Part shown: positions 1 through 9,855 of the stretch, piece after piece
How the letters are laid out: each line of letters starts with the position of its first letter
Position numbering within the stretch: position 1 is the first letter of the stretch
NCBI GenBank assembly: GCA_034530615.2
Contig: JAVRCV020000065.1
Location: forward strand, 1-64,000
DNA: 64,000 nucleotides
Direction of reading: 5' to 3'
DNA from: Aulosira sp. ZfuVER01
Lineage (GTDB): Bacteria > Cyanobacteriota > Cyanobacteriia > Cyanobacteriales > Nostocaceae
Notes under the pieces: model-generated
Databases searched by the model: none
Told to the model about the DNA's origin: nothing
What the model saw: the letters and a program-made list of their open reading frames with translations, nothing else
Made by a program: the position numbers and the translations under genes

Positions 1-1817
1 TCATCGGCGAACGGGCGGATAATCTCGAGCAAGCGATCGCCGCATATCGCGCCGCTCTCGAAGTCAGAACCCGCAACGCCTTTCCCGAACAATGGGCAAC
101 CTTGCAAAATAATCTGGGGAATGCATACAGTAACAGAATCATCGGCGAACGGGCGGATAATCTCGATCTGGCGATCGCCGCATATCGCGCCGCTCTCGAA
201 GTCAGAACCCGCAACGCCTTTCCCCAAAACCATGCAGAAACTTTGTTAAATCTCGGCAGGTTATACCAAGAAGAACAACAATTTGATTTAGCCCACAATA
301 TTTTTGACTCGGCTATTGCCACAGTTGAAGCTTTGCGGGGTGACATTGTTTCTGGTGACGAAGCCAAGCTCAAACAAGCCGAAGAATGGAATCAACTTTA
401 TCTACGTATGGTGCAAGTTTGCCTAGCATTGGGAAGAGACACGGAAGCAATAGAATATATTGAACGTAGCAAAACCCGCAATTTAGTAGAACTGTTAACC
501 AAAGCAGCTTTAGCAACTCAAGCAAATCTGCCTTTAGTGGGTAGCAGTATCCAATTTACAGAGATTCAAAACCTTTTAGATAACGAAACTGCCATTATCC
601 AGTGGTACATTTTTAATGATTGTTTTCGTGCTTTTATCATCACCCGCACCAACAACCCTGTCATCTGGCAATCTCAACCACAAGACTTAGAAAATTTAAG
701 AAAATGGACTGCTAATTACCTCCAACGTTACATCGAAAATAAAAACAAGTGGCGTTCTCAGCTAAATCATCAACTTACCCAACTTACACAAATTCTCCAT
801 CTCAATCAAATAGTCTCCTTAATCCCTCCTCATTGCCAAAAGCTAATTCTCATTCCCCATCGTTATTTACATCTTTTACCTTTCCACGCTATCCCCCTAT
901 CTAACAACACCTCCACACGAGAGTATTTAATTGATAAATTTCTCGGTGGTGTGAGTTATGCACCCAGTTGTCAACTTTTACGTTTCGCCCAAATCAAAGC
1001 CCAACAACTCAACACATCATCTCAATTATCGGCTGCTTCACTGAGCCATTTATTCGCCATTCAAAACCCCACCAATAATTTAGCCTTCACCGATATCGAA
1101 GTCGAAACTATAGCCGCAGATTTTCAACCGCACCAAATCCTCAAACATCACCAAGCCACCAAAGCAGCTTTAGCAGAACAAGCAAATAACAAAAATCTTC
1201 GCAATTCTCAATGGCTACACTTTTCTTGTCACGGCTATTTTGATTTCAACTCACCCTTAAAATCAGGCTTACAATTAGCAGCAGCCACAATTGCGAACAT
1301 TCCCGCCAATACCAACTCATCGCGCTACCTCCGAATTGATGAAGGCACAATTATTGATTTAGATAAATGCCTAACATTAGAAGATATCTTGCAATTAAAC
1401 TTACCTAATTGCCGACTTGTCACTCTTTCCGCTTGCGAAACCGGCATAATTGACATTAGAAATAACAGCGATGAATATATAGGCTTAACCAGTGGCTTTA
1501 TCCGCGCTGGTGCAGCCAATATTATTAGTACTTTATGGGCTGTGAGTGACTTTCACACAGCTTTATTAATGATTAAATTTTATGAGTTATTGCCCAATTA
1601 TTCATATAATGTGCCTTTAGCCCTAAATCATACCCAGCAAGAGCTACGCCAAGCAACCCAAGCACAAATCATTGATTGGATTCGCGATAAGGAAAAAATG
1701 GAATTAGCACAAAAACAGCAAATTATTGATATTTTAGAAACACAATATAAACCCGAACAACAACCATTTAAAAAACCAGAATTCTGGGCAGCTTTTTGTG
1801 CAATCTCTCCGTGTTAA
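1..1817 (+). CDS. TPR-repeat CHAT-domain (caspase-fold) protease; 5' end lies outside the window
   Basis: Frame is open from position 3 (IGERADNLEQAIAAYRAALEV...), so the TTG at 102 is not the real start. Contains 46-aa TPR-like repeats, ERSKTRNL, LIPHRYLHLLPFHA, catalytic HFSCHG and LSACETG, and C-terminal WAAF. Confidence 0.95.
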   Translation, partial: IGERADNLEQAIAAYRAALEVRTRNAFPEQWATLQNNLGNAYSNRIIGERADNLDLAIAAYRAALEVRTRNAFPQNHAETLLNLGRLYQEEQQFDLAHNIFDSAIATVEALRGDIVSGDEAKLKQAEEWNQLYLRMVQVCLALGRDTEAIEYIERSKTRNLVELLTKAALATQANLPLVGSSIQFTEIQNLLDNETAIIQWYIFNDCFRAFIITRTNNPVIWQSQPQDLENLRKWTANYLQRYIENKNKWRSQLNHQLTQLTQILHLNQIVSLIPPHCQKLILIPHRYLHLLPFHAIPLSNNTSTREYLIDKFLGGVSYAPSCQLLRFAQIKAQQLNTSSQLSAASLSHLFAIQNPTNNLAFTDIEVETIAADFQPHQILKHHQATKAALAEQANNKNLRNSQWLHFSCHGYFDFNSPLKSGLQLAAATIANIPANTNSSRYLRIDEGTIIDLDKCLTLEDILQLNLPNCRLVTLSACETGIIDIRNNSDEYIGLTSGFIRAGAANIISTLWAVSDFHTALLMIKFYELLPNYSYNVPLALNHTQQELRQATQAQIIDWIRDKEKMELAQKQQIIDILETQYKPEQQPFKKPEFWAAFCAISPC

Positions 1818-1828
1818 TGCAAAGGCTC

Positions 1829-1861
1829 AGATCCCCGACTTCTTAGAGAAGTCGGGGATCT
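1829..1861. repeat. Palindromic small dispersed repeat
   Basis: agatccccgacttct-tag-agaagtcggggatct, a perfect 15-bp stem; a related copy lies at 41656-41688. Confidence 0.85.
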
Positions 1862-1909
1862 TTTAGAGCTTGTATTTTACCCCAAAACCCACCCAACGAA
1901 AAATAATTT

Positions 1910-2254
1910 ATGGAACCTGATAAACTTATCCAAGCATTCACCCAAGTAGTGCGAAATCAAGATTACGTTTTTTCCCCAACCGCTATTACAGCTATCCCAG
2001 AACTGCAAGCAAAAATAGCAGAGCTAGAAACCCAACCACCTGATGTAATAGCAGAAGCACTCCGCCAATGGTACATCAATTACGAAGATGTCAGAGATGC
2101 GGTATTAATTGAAGAACGCGAAATTGATAAAGTCAGTAAAACCAAACCAGAAATTCAAGAAAACACCCAAGAAAACCGCTACCGAGTTTTGCAAGATGAA
2201 CTCCAAAAATTGCAAGCTAAAAATACAGCCGCCTCTCAGCCAAACCAACCATGA
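1910..2254 (+). CDS. Small helical hypothetical protein (CHAT-associated)
   Basis: 114-aa ORF; its stop overlaps the next start (ATGA at 2251-2254). Confidence 0.8.
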   Translation: MEPDKLIQAFTQVVRNQDYVFSPTAITAIPELQAKIAELETQPPDVIAEALRQWYINYEDVRDAVLIEEREIDKVSKTKPEIQENTQENRYRVLQDELQKLQAKNTAASQPNQP

Positions 2255-3657
2255 AATTATATGCGCCGAATATTCATTTATTCGCTTTTCAATTACACAA
2301 AAGCTCTAGTAATGCTACATCAACAGATACAAACATTCTCTGGAATACTGCTGATGAAATAGTCCACGCCACCTTACAGCAAGATTTGCATCTCAGCCAG
2401 CGTATTGATATTCATAAACAACCAGATAACCCCCGTGTGGATTTACTCAAAGACACAGAAGTTATCGATGATAATTATGCTGTCTCTTTTTCTGGTGAAA
2501 TTCCCCTCAACCAAAATCAAGATGTACTCATCAAAGGCTTTGCTCATCCCTTACGCCTTTATGACAGTTACAGCTTGTGGCTAAACCTACGCCGTCCAGA
2601 AAATGAAAATAATCAGCCAACAGACGATGTAGAAATCGCTTTATTACGTCAATTAAATCCAAATAACTGTTTAACTCTTAAAGATAATCCACAATTTCTT
2701 GGTCAAACTCTACTCATAACTGGTTGGTTAACAGGCGCAAAAGATAGACAAATTATTCAGCAAATCGCCAGCGAGTGTTTAACCTCAATCTTCCCCAATA
2801 ACTACCAGCTACCACCATTTAACCGCCAAGGAGAATTATTCGGTAGTCCAATATTTGAATACGGTTTATTTAGTCAATTAGCTAACTATCAGCACGTTTT
2901 AATTTGGCTATTTGTCGATGACAAGGCAGATGCTAAATTTAATCAAAGCTATCACGAATTATTAGATTTATTTTTCTTCCGTACCAAAGCCGTAAAAGCT
3001 TACAAAGATAGTAGAGAAATTTATAAGCAACTAGATTTAGCTTATCGCCAAATAGAAACAACTATTGACCAAATACCCAAAGTAGATAACAATCAATCTA
3101 CCAACACAGTAAATTTAACTAACTTAAAAACACAGCTAAAAGCCTTACCGCAATTATCATTAACATATACCCGCCTGCTGCGAAATTTAGAAGAATATCA
3201 AAATACCATTGCCATTAACACCTATAACTATACTGAAAGATTGCAGCAGATTCGGAGTTTAATTCCCGGTGAAGACATCAGCTTTTTGGAAACATTCAGC
3301 CAAAGAAACGCTCCCTTCTTTCAACAACAAATCAGTGCAGACTTAGGTTACTTTCGCCACGGTGCAGAATTATTGAGTAAAGCCATAGACTCAATTCGCG
3401 GCATAGTAGAAATAGAACAGGCCGAGAGCGATCGCTCTTTAGAAAATACCATCCAAATCTTAGGAATCGGCTTAGGTGGTGGTGCAATCATCTCCGGTGT
3501 AGTCGTCCAACATATAGACAAACTCAACAAACCTCTAGCAGCCATATCTCCTGATAAGCAACCCCATCCCTTTTACGCATCCCTATTGTTGAGTATGCTC
3601 GCTATCTTGTTATTTACTGGGTTGGGTTGGTTAATCACCAAATATCGCCAAAAGTAG
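2251..3657 (+). CDS. Hypothetical membrane protein with long helical region and two C-terminal TM helices (CorA-like/CATRA-like topology)
   Basis: 468-aa ORF with hydrophobic segments TIQILGIGLGGGAIISGVVV and FYASLLLSMLAILLFTGLGWLI at the C-terminus. Confidence 0.8.
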   Translation: MKLYAPNIHLFAFQLHKSSSNATSTDTNILWNTADEIVHATLQQDLHLSQRIDIHKQPDNPRVDLLKDTEVIDDNYAVSFSGEIPLNQNQDVLIKGFAHPLRLYDSYSLWLNLRRPENENNQPTDDVEIALLRQLNPNNCLTLKDNPQFLGQTLLITGWLTGAKDRQIIQQIASECLTSIFPNNYQLPPFNRQGELFGSPIFEYGLFSQLANYQHVLIWLFVDDKADAKFNQSYHELLDLFFFRTKAVKAYKDSREIYKQLDLAYRQIETTIDQIPKVDNNQSTNTVNLTNLKTQLKALPQLSLTYTRLLRNLEEYQNTIAINTYNYTERLQQIRSLIPGEDISFLETFSQRNAPFFQQQISADLGYFRHGAELLSKAIDSIRGIVEIEQAESDRSLENTIQILGIGLGGGAIISGVVVQHIDKLNKPLAAISPDKQPHPFYASLLLSMLAILLFTGLGWLITKYRQK

Positions 3658-3730
3658 GGTGTGTTGTCGCGTAGCGCAACGCACCGTCGCTCAAATCCGG
3701 TGGGTTAAACTGCGTTATAACGCACCCTAC
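3654..3730. repeat. GTAG-type REP-like inverted doublet
   Basis: gtagggtgtgtt...aacgcaccctac termini, with internal hairpins. Confidence 0.75.
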
Positions 3731-3794
3731 TTCTAATATAAATTTAAGAAATGATTGCGACCAATGGATTTACAGAAATCCAAAATGGTAGGAT

Positions 3795-4244
3795 CTAACC
3801 CAATGTTTGCACAGCAGTCAGCATGAAATTAAGCCGCTGATCAAACTCTAGCTGTTTGATCTGTGCTGTAAATTGGTCTGTTTCAGCAGGAAGCTTATAT
3901 TCAGTAGGAACTGGGATAATCGTTCCATTTTCAATTCCTTGTGCCAGCAACAACCAAACCTCTAATTTGGCATTGGGACTTAGCGCTTTGTAAGCATGGT
4001 TAATGTCACTATTACCACCCCGAAGTAAGTCGCGTTGCGCTTGCAGTTGTTCTTGTTGAGACAAGTTCTGGATATGATCGAACACGGCTTTACCAGGAAC
4101 TTCCACGCTGTTAGGAGGTGTTGGGTTTAGCTGATCCTTAATATCCAGATAACCGTACCAAAGTATAGCCAGTTGAGTATCTACATCAAAGCGTCGAAAA
4201 GTTTCTAAAGCTGGTTTAGTGCGTTCGTCAACTGTGTAGGTCAT
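3795..4244 (-). CDS. Helical carotenoid protein (OCP N-terminal domain homolog, HCP)
   Basis: [45 protein letters not shown] and GTIIPVP are OCP-NTD motifs. Confidence 0.9.
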   Translation of the reverse strand: MTYTVDERTKPALETFRRFDVDTQLAILWYGYLDIKDQLNPTPPNSVEVPGKAVFDHIQNLSQQEQLQAQRDLLRGGNSDINHAYKALSPNAKLEVWLLLAQGIENGTIIPVPTEYKLPAETDQFTAQIKQLEFDQRLNFMLTAVQTLG

Positions 4245-4570
4245 AAAAACTCCAAATTAAGCGAGTTTTTCTTAGTTTTGCGGTTCCTAAGAAAAATTTC
4301 TTTCAGTTACTCCACATAACTTAACGAATGATTCCAGAGGCATAATCCTACAAAAGATAGAAACAATACTTACTCTGTCAGACAGATGTAGATAAGCTCT
4401 ATAGAACATAACTATTACCAATTTAAAAAATTATGGTGACAGTAAGCTTAGTCAATAACTCTTTCATATCCAAAATCTCAAATTGTATCAGCAGCAAACT
4501 GACTCAGTTAACTGCTGAGGTTGGTGTTGCAGGTTAAACACGCGCTCATGCAGAAATCAAAATTGTTGTG

Positions 4571-4805
4571 AATTTAGAAGAATATCAAAATACTATTTCC
4601 ATGAAATTCCAGAAATAATTTAAAAAATTGCTGAAAATTACTGGCATTATTTCAGATAAAAATATGAGATTATTAAAAACCTTCAGCTTAAAAAAATGCC
4701 TATTCTGCAAATAACAAATCAGCGCAGAATGAAGTTATTTTAGCTAAGGTTCGGAATTATCAACCAAATTTATTTACCGCTTGCGGTTGGTTGATCGCCA
4801 AATGC
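4571..4805 (+). pseudogene. Decayed, internally deleted fragment homologous to the 2251-3657 gene
   Basis: 4571-4768 aligns without gaps to 3184-3381 (66 codons, 4 stops); 4770-4805 aligns to 3610-3645. Confidence 0.85.
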
Positions 4806-4859
4806 CAATACTATCCTAGAAAGAAGAAGTAGAGAGGCGGGAATGAGGAGGCTCGGCGG

Positions 4860-5645
4860 ATGGGGGAGATATCAGCAATAGACATAAATTTGTCTCAAGG
4901 AATTTGGCAACGCTGGCAACAAGGGAAACATTTTGTTAATGAGAGCCTGAACACCCTAAGTAACTCAGCACAGCAAGCAAGCCAGTCTTTCCAAGAAACT
5001 GCAAATCAAGCTACCGATAAAGCCATTAATACAGTTACGACTACCTGGGAACAAGCTAAAGGTTCTGTAGAACAAAGTTTGCAAACTGCCGAACAAGTTA
5101 AGAGTACAACATCAGCAGCAGTTCAAACAGCGATCGCATCTTCAATGCATGATTGGCTAGCACAACACCCGATATTTCTGCGGCTAGTTCAGATACTCGG
5201 TTGGGCAACTAATCACCCCATTATTAGTTGTGTCATGCTGGTATTTATACTAGCTCTCCTCTGGAGTACGATCAAAGCGATAATGCGCTTGATTGAAGCA
5301 GCTAGTTTGTCAATTCTGCAAGTACCACTAAAATTACTTCAGTCTTTCATCAAAGTTAGCTTTCTATCCTTAAGGAAATTTGGGAGTTTTGCTGTTAAAA
5401 AGATTATCGGCACTCAACCCCAGGAAAAAACTTCAGCTTTACTACCGATAAATACTCCAGTTATCTATGAAGACAAACAGCAAAGATTGGCAGAAATTAC
5501 CCATCGACTAGAGGTTCTTCAACAAGAACAGCACGAGCTTTTACAAGAAGCCGCAGATATCATTGCTTCCGGCACAATTGACATAAAAATTGCAGAAGTC
5601 TCATTAAAAAGTAGTCCAAACTACACTGTAATTCCAAGTGAGTAA
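4860..5645 (+). CDS. Hypothetical membrane protein with coiled-coil regions
   Basis: 261-aa ORF with GAGGAGG upstream and a central hydrophobic helix. Confidence 0.75.
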   Translation: MGEISAIDINLSQGIWQRWQQGKHFVNESLNTLSNSAQQASQSFQETANQATDKAINTVTTTWEQAKGSVEQSLQTAEQVKSTTSAAVQTAIASSMHDWLAQHPIFLRLVQILGWATNHPIISCVMLVFILALLWSTIKAIMRLIEAASLSILQVPLKLLQSFIKVSFLSLRKFGSFAVKKIIGTQPQEKTSALLPINTPVIYEDKQQRLAEITHRLEVLQQEQHELLQEAADIIASGTIDIKIAEVSLKSSPNYTVIPSE

Positions 5646-5819
5646 GTTAAAAATATAAAACTAGCCGTGATTTTATGGAGAGTGTATGTTACTGCTAAAC
5701 TCTACCTGCCTTGGGGATCTGAGGTGTCAGAGGAGGCGAAACAACACATAACCAATTGACAGGCGATCGCCAAAAAGGTATACATATTTGAAAATTTATC
5801 TCAAGCAAGTCTGAATCTT

Positions 5820-6200
5820 ATGCCTAGTGTTGAACTCGATCAAACCCGCGAGAATCGCATTAAAACAGAAATCATTGTCGATGCTGAAGACAAAGAGGAA
5901 CGGGCGATGGCTTGGTACGACTACCTCGATGATACTCTCAACTTTCCCTTTATGGGCAAGTGGACAAAGAAAGGACGCAAATCATCATCACCCCAAGAAA
6001 AACAAGTGGAAGTTTTGGGAATGGCACCTGATGATGAATGTGAAAAAGATATGTTTGTCGAAGTAGTCTATCCCGATGGCAAAGATGAAGATGTATTTTC
6101 AGCGCGGCTATCGGAAATAGAAATAATTGACGCTGATGAAGAAACCCAAGAAGCACTTGCCGACTGGCAATATTGGCTTGCTAGAGGATATAAGTTTTAA
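5820..6200 (+). CDS. ccbP: Calcium-binding protein CcbP
   Basis: 126 aa, acidic; EIIVDAEDKEERAM and YWLARGYKF match Anabaena CcbP as recalled. Confidence 0.92.
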   Translation: MPSVELDQTRENRIKTEIIVDAEDKEERAMAWYDYLDDTLNFPFMGKWTKKGRKSSSPQEKQVEVLGMAPDDECEKDMFVEVVYPDGKDEDVFSARLSEIEIIDADEETQEALADWQYWLARGYKF

Positions 6201-6367
6201 AAATTTTACAAGTTAACTGTCATTGCAAGGAGTCAATTGGAGGTAACTCTTAAGGAATGCTTGTATCAGTCTACAAGTCATCTCCTCATCCAGCAGAGTT
6301 AACCGTTTTTTATTCAATAGTTATTTCTGCACGCTGCACTATTTAATTAAATTCTTCTAGAAGAATT

Positions 6368-6931
6368 CTAGGATAGATGCCGGATAATGCGGCAGGGATT
6401 GCCCACCGCAACCACATTAGCAGGTATATCTTTGACTACTACACTACCAGCACCAATAGTAGTATTGTCACCAATTGTTACTCCTGGACAAATAATTGCA
6501 CTGCCACCAATCCAGACATTATTCCCAATTTTAACCGGGGCAGCGAGTTCCCTGCCAGAAAATCGAATTTCCGGTTCTACAGGATGGTAGGCAGTGTATA
6601 TCTGCACACAAGGAGCGCACATCACATTTTCACCAATATGAACTGTATTGCAATCTAAAATTACACAGCCATAGTTCATATAAAATCTATCGCCAGCATA
6701 TATATTACTGCCATAGTCACAGTGAAAGGGCGGCACAATCGATGCTTTTTCACCTAGCTTTCCAAACAATTCTTGCAAAATTTGTCGTCGCTGCTGTTGC
6801 TGTTCTTCTGTTGTAGCGTTGTACATCCGCAGGACACGACAGGCTCGCTTATTCTCACCAACTAATTCTGGATCTTCTGCAAAGTATAACTCGCCTGCTA
6901 GCATTTTTTGTTTTTCGGTTTTTTCTATCAC
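6368..6931 (-). CDS. Sugar (maltose) O-acetyltransferase
   Basis: EKQKMLAGELY, PPFHCDYG and hexapeptide repeats ending VGNPCR; GTG at 6931 is a more likely start than 6982. Confidence 0.9.
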   Translation of the reverse strand: MIEKTEKQKMLAGELYFAEDPELVGENKRACRVLRMYNATTEEQQQQRRQILQELFGKLGEKASIVPPFHCDYGSNIYAGDRFYMNYGCVILDCNTVHIGENVMCAPCVQIYTAYHPVEPEIRFSGRELAAPVKIGNNVWIGGSAIICPGVTIGDNTTIGAGSVVVKDIPANVVAVGNPCRIIRHLS

Positions 6932-7159
6932 AGAATTCTGAGCCTCGCTTGAATAGGATTTATAGCAGAGGATAAATTCCAAAATATTGTGAGATTTTGC
7001 TGCTTACTATTTATGATACATAAGCTAGCTTAACCAATCAAACTAAGTTGCTCAGAAGTAGATTCCTAATGCCAATGCTTTACTAGCGAGAATTAAATCG
7101 AGAGTTAACTGGTGGTTGAGTAAGGATCTGGAAAATGTAGGTGCCAAAAAAATCAACAA

Positions 7160-8452
7160 CTAATAGTTTAATCCAAACACACCATAACGAGCTTTTCCTT
7201 GTCGCTTCGCACGATACATAGCAATATCAGCATCTCGAAGCAGGGTTTGTGGCTCTTCATAACCACCGCTACTCAAAGCAATGCCAATGCTAGCCGTGGG
7301 ACATATTTGATGTCCATGAAGGTTAATTGGTACGCTTAAAGACTCTTGAATGCGTTTAGCCACATTGGTAGCGTCTGTAACGTCTTTAATATCCTCTAAA
7401 AGTACGGCAAACTCATCACCACCAAATCGAGCCACAGTATCACCACTGCGTAAACATGACTCTAAACGTCGAGCGATCGCTACTAAAAAATCATCGCCGA
7501 TTGCGTGTCCAAAGCGATCGTTAATCGCTTTAAATCCATCTAAATCTAAAAATAAAACTGCAAAATTATAATCACTCCTGCGTTTGCTACGTTCAATTGT
7601 TTGCCTGAGACGATCTAGAAACAAAACTCGATTGGGTAGTGCTGTTAGTGAATCATGACAGGCATTACGTAGCAATTGTGCTTCGGTTTGTTTGCGTTTA
7701 CTAATATCTTGAAGAACTAAAACCGCTCCACTGATATTACCATCAACATCGCGGATAGGTGCTACAGAATCACCAATTGGTACTTTTTTACCATCTTTAG
7801 AAAGTAGGGTACAGTTATCCGGTAGATTCAACATCTCACCTGCTTGGATTGCCTGGGTGGCTAAATTATCAATTACTTCATCCATATCTTTGTCAATTAA
7901 AGTTACAACTTCTGCCAAATCTTTTCCAAATGCTTCATCTTGTCTCCAGCCTGTTAGCGCTTCTGCAACTGGATTCATCATTTGGATACTACCATTGGCG
8001 TATGTCACTACTACTGCACAGCCCATGCTGTTAATAATTGCCGTCAGTCTCTGTTTTTCCTCCTCATATTTTTTGTGCATCTGATGCTTGTAAAGAGCCA
8101 TTTCAACGGCAAAATGTAAGTCTTTTTCAGCACAGGGTTTGAGAATATAGCTAAAAGGCTCACTTAGTCGCCTTTTATTTACCTTAATATCTTCCGAATA
8201 CTCCGTTAAATATAAAACTGGTATTTGGAAATGGTTTTGGATAATATCCACAAGTTCAATACCATTGATTTCCCCAGTTAAGCAGATATCAATTAATACT
8301 AAATGTGGATTTGTCTCCGCTATCTTTTTGATAGCTTCTTCTCCAGAAGCAGTAACTTCCAGAACAAAATATCCTAGCTTCTGTAAACTCTTTCTTATAT
8401 CTAAAGCTAGGATTTTTTCATCCTCAACAACTAGGATTTTGTGGGCGAACAT
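7160..8452 (-). CDS. Receiver-PAS-GGDEF diguanylate cyclase
   Basis: ILVVEDE receiver, PAS (MNPVAEALTGW), HDSLTALPNR, RSGD I-site and intact GGDEF. Confidence 0.95.
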   Translation of the reverse strand: MFAHKILVVEDEKILALDIRKSLQKLGYFVLEVTASGEEAIKKIAETNPHLVLIDICLTGEINGIELVDIIQNHFQIPVLYLTEYSEDIKVNKRRLSEPFSYILKPCAEKDLHFAVEMALYKHQMHKKYEEEKQRLTAIINSMGCAVVVTYANGSIQMMNPVAEALTGWRQDEAFGKDLAEVVTLIDKDMDEVIDNLATQAIQAGEMLNLPDNCTLLSKDGKKVPIGDSVAPIRDVDGNISGAVLVLQDISKRKQTEAQLLRNACHDSLTALPNRVLFLDRLRQTIERSKRRSDYNFAVLFLDLDGFKAINDRFGHAIGDDFLVAIARRLESCLRSGDTVARFGGDEFAVLLEDIKDVTDATNVAKRIQESLSVPINLHGHQICPTASIGIALSSGGYEEPQTLLRDADIAMYRAKRQGKARYGVFGLNY

Positions 8453-9353
8453 GTTAGACTAATCTGTTGGCTAAGGTGCAGATTTTGTTTTCAGTCTCAA
8501 CTCACTCTGAAAATCAATAATCCTATAATAATCAATCTATAATCTACCTGTGTAGTTGCTAGCTAAAATAATAACTAAGTTTTTAATTCACATAATTTTT
8601 TGATTGTCGATACAGTTGATATCCAGTTAATAACGCAAGAAATTATTTTTAAATGTAAATTGCCATACAGTTATCAAAAACCAAAGATATCTTTTGGCAA
8701 TTTGGCACTATTTCATCATAAAAAGCACAATTGCTTGCGTGATTTACGTAAGATAGAAAGAAATTCAGATGTTAATCAAACAACTGAAGAAATGTCATTA
8801 TAGAAGTAATCTCAAATTAATCCAAGCGGTTACAAGCAATAAATAATTTAATCTTAAGTCAGGTTATTTTTTTGATATACTTTTTAGTAATTAGTTTAAT
8901 AATATTAATATAATTTGGTTTTTAAAATACCTAGACATTAGTTTAGAAATAAGTATAATAATACACTTTAAATAAAACAGTTAATTGCAATAATAATGAT
9001 GAATTAAGTATAGATAATTAAGTACAAAAATATGTTAGATGTATCAAATAATTTTTATTTATTTGATACGTTCCGGATTGTGAAATTCTGAGACAGAAAA
9101 ATATAGTCTTGATTCAACAGCATTAAAAGTTAAGTTTTGTGTGGGAAACGACGAGAAGAGAGTGAGGAATCACAGGAGGAATACCTGGAAATACTCTGCC
9201 TTACTTTTGCAAATATACTGTCAAGACAACTTTGATATATTGAGTCTGAGAAGGTAAAGCGGAAGGTGACGCACTCAACTGTAACTTTCTACTCTCAGTG
9301 TCAGTCTTCGCGTCACCACATGATCCTTGAGTGCTGAGAGAGGATCTCACTCG

Positions 9354-9731
9354 TTACTCGTTACTCAGCACTGCTTGAGTTCGTGTCAATTCAATGGTAA
9401 TTTTGCCGCCAAAGTCTGGAATAGGTGCGGCGGGTTTGCTGAGAGTTACTTGGACTTGAGAAACGCGATCGCACTGTTGGAGAATAGAATCTGCAATTGT
9501 ACCAGCTAACTTTTCCACCAAAGCAAACTTAGATGTCTTCACAAGATTTTGCACCAAGCTAATAACACTACGGTAATCTATGGTGTCTGCGATCGCATCA
9601 GTTTTGGCGGGTAAAGAAAGATCCAGCCATAATCTCACATCGACCTCAAACCATTGCCCTAGAACCTGTTCTTCAGGTAAGTACCCCGTGTAGCCATAGC
9701 CGCGAATTCCCGTTAAATGAATGCAGTCCAT
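9354..9731 (-). CDS. folB: Dihydroneopterin aldolase
   Basis: GYTGYLPEEQVLGQWFEVD, TIDY, FALVEKLA and KPAAP motifs. Confidence 0.95.
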   Translation of the reverse strand: MDCIHLTGIRGYGYTGYLPEEQVLGQWFEVDVRLWLDLSLPAKTDAIADTIDYRSVISLVQNLVKTSKFALVEKLAGTIADSILQQCDRVSQVQVTLSKPAAPIPDFGGKITIELTRTQAVLSNE

Positions 9732-9855
9732 AAAACTTGCCTAGTGAATTTTGCATTTTGGATTTTAACTGGATTTGCCACCTCACCTTCACGGTTTTTA
9801 CGTTGCAGGATAGGCTTAAGTAGTTGAAGAATAACTTATCGCTCTGTTTGCTGGA

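Noticed and set aside
4571..4768. DGR template repeat for the 2251-3657 gene
   Set aside because: Mismatches are numerous and many are at non-adenine positions, and no reverse transcriptase is in the window; ordinary pseudogene decay fits better.
8600..8803. 67-aa ORF (likewise 15719-15907 and 48922-49176)
   Set aside because: No recognisable motifs; they lie in AT-rich regulatory or repeat-derived DNA and are probably chance ORFs.
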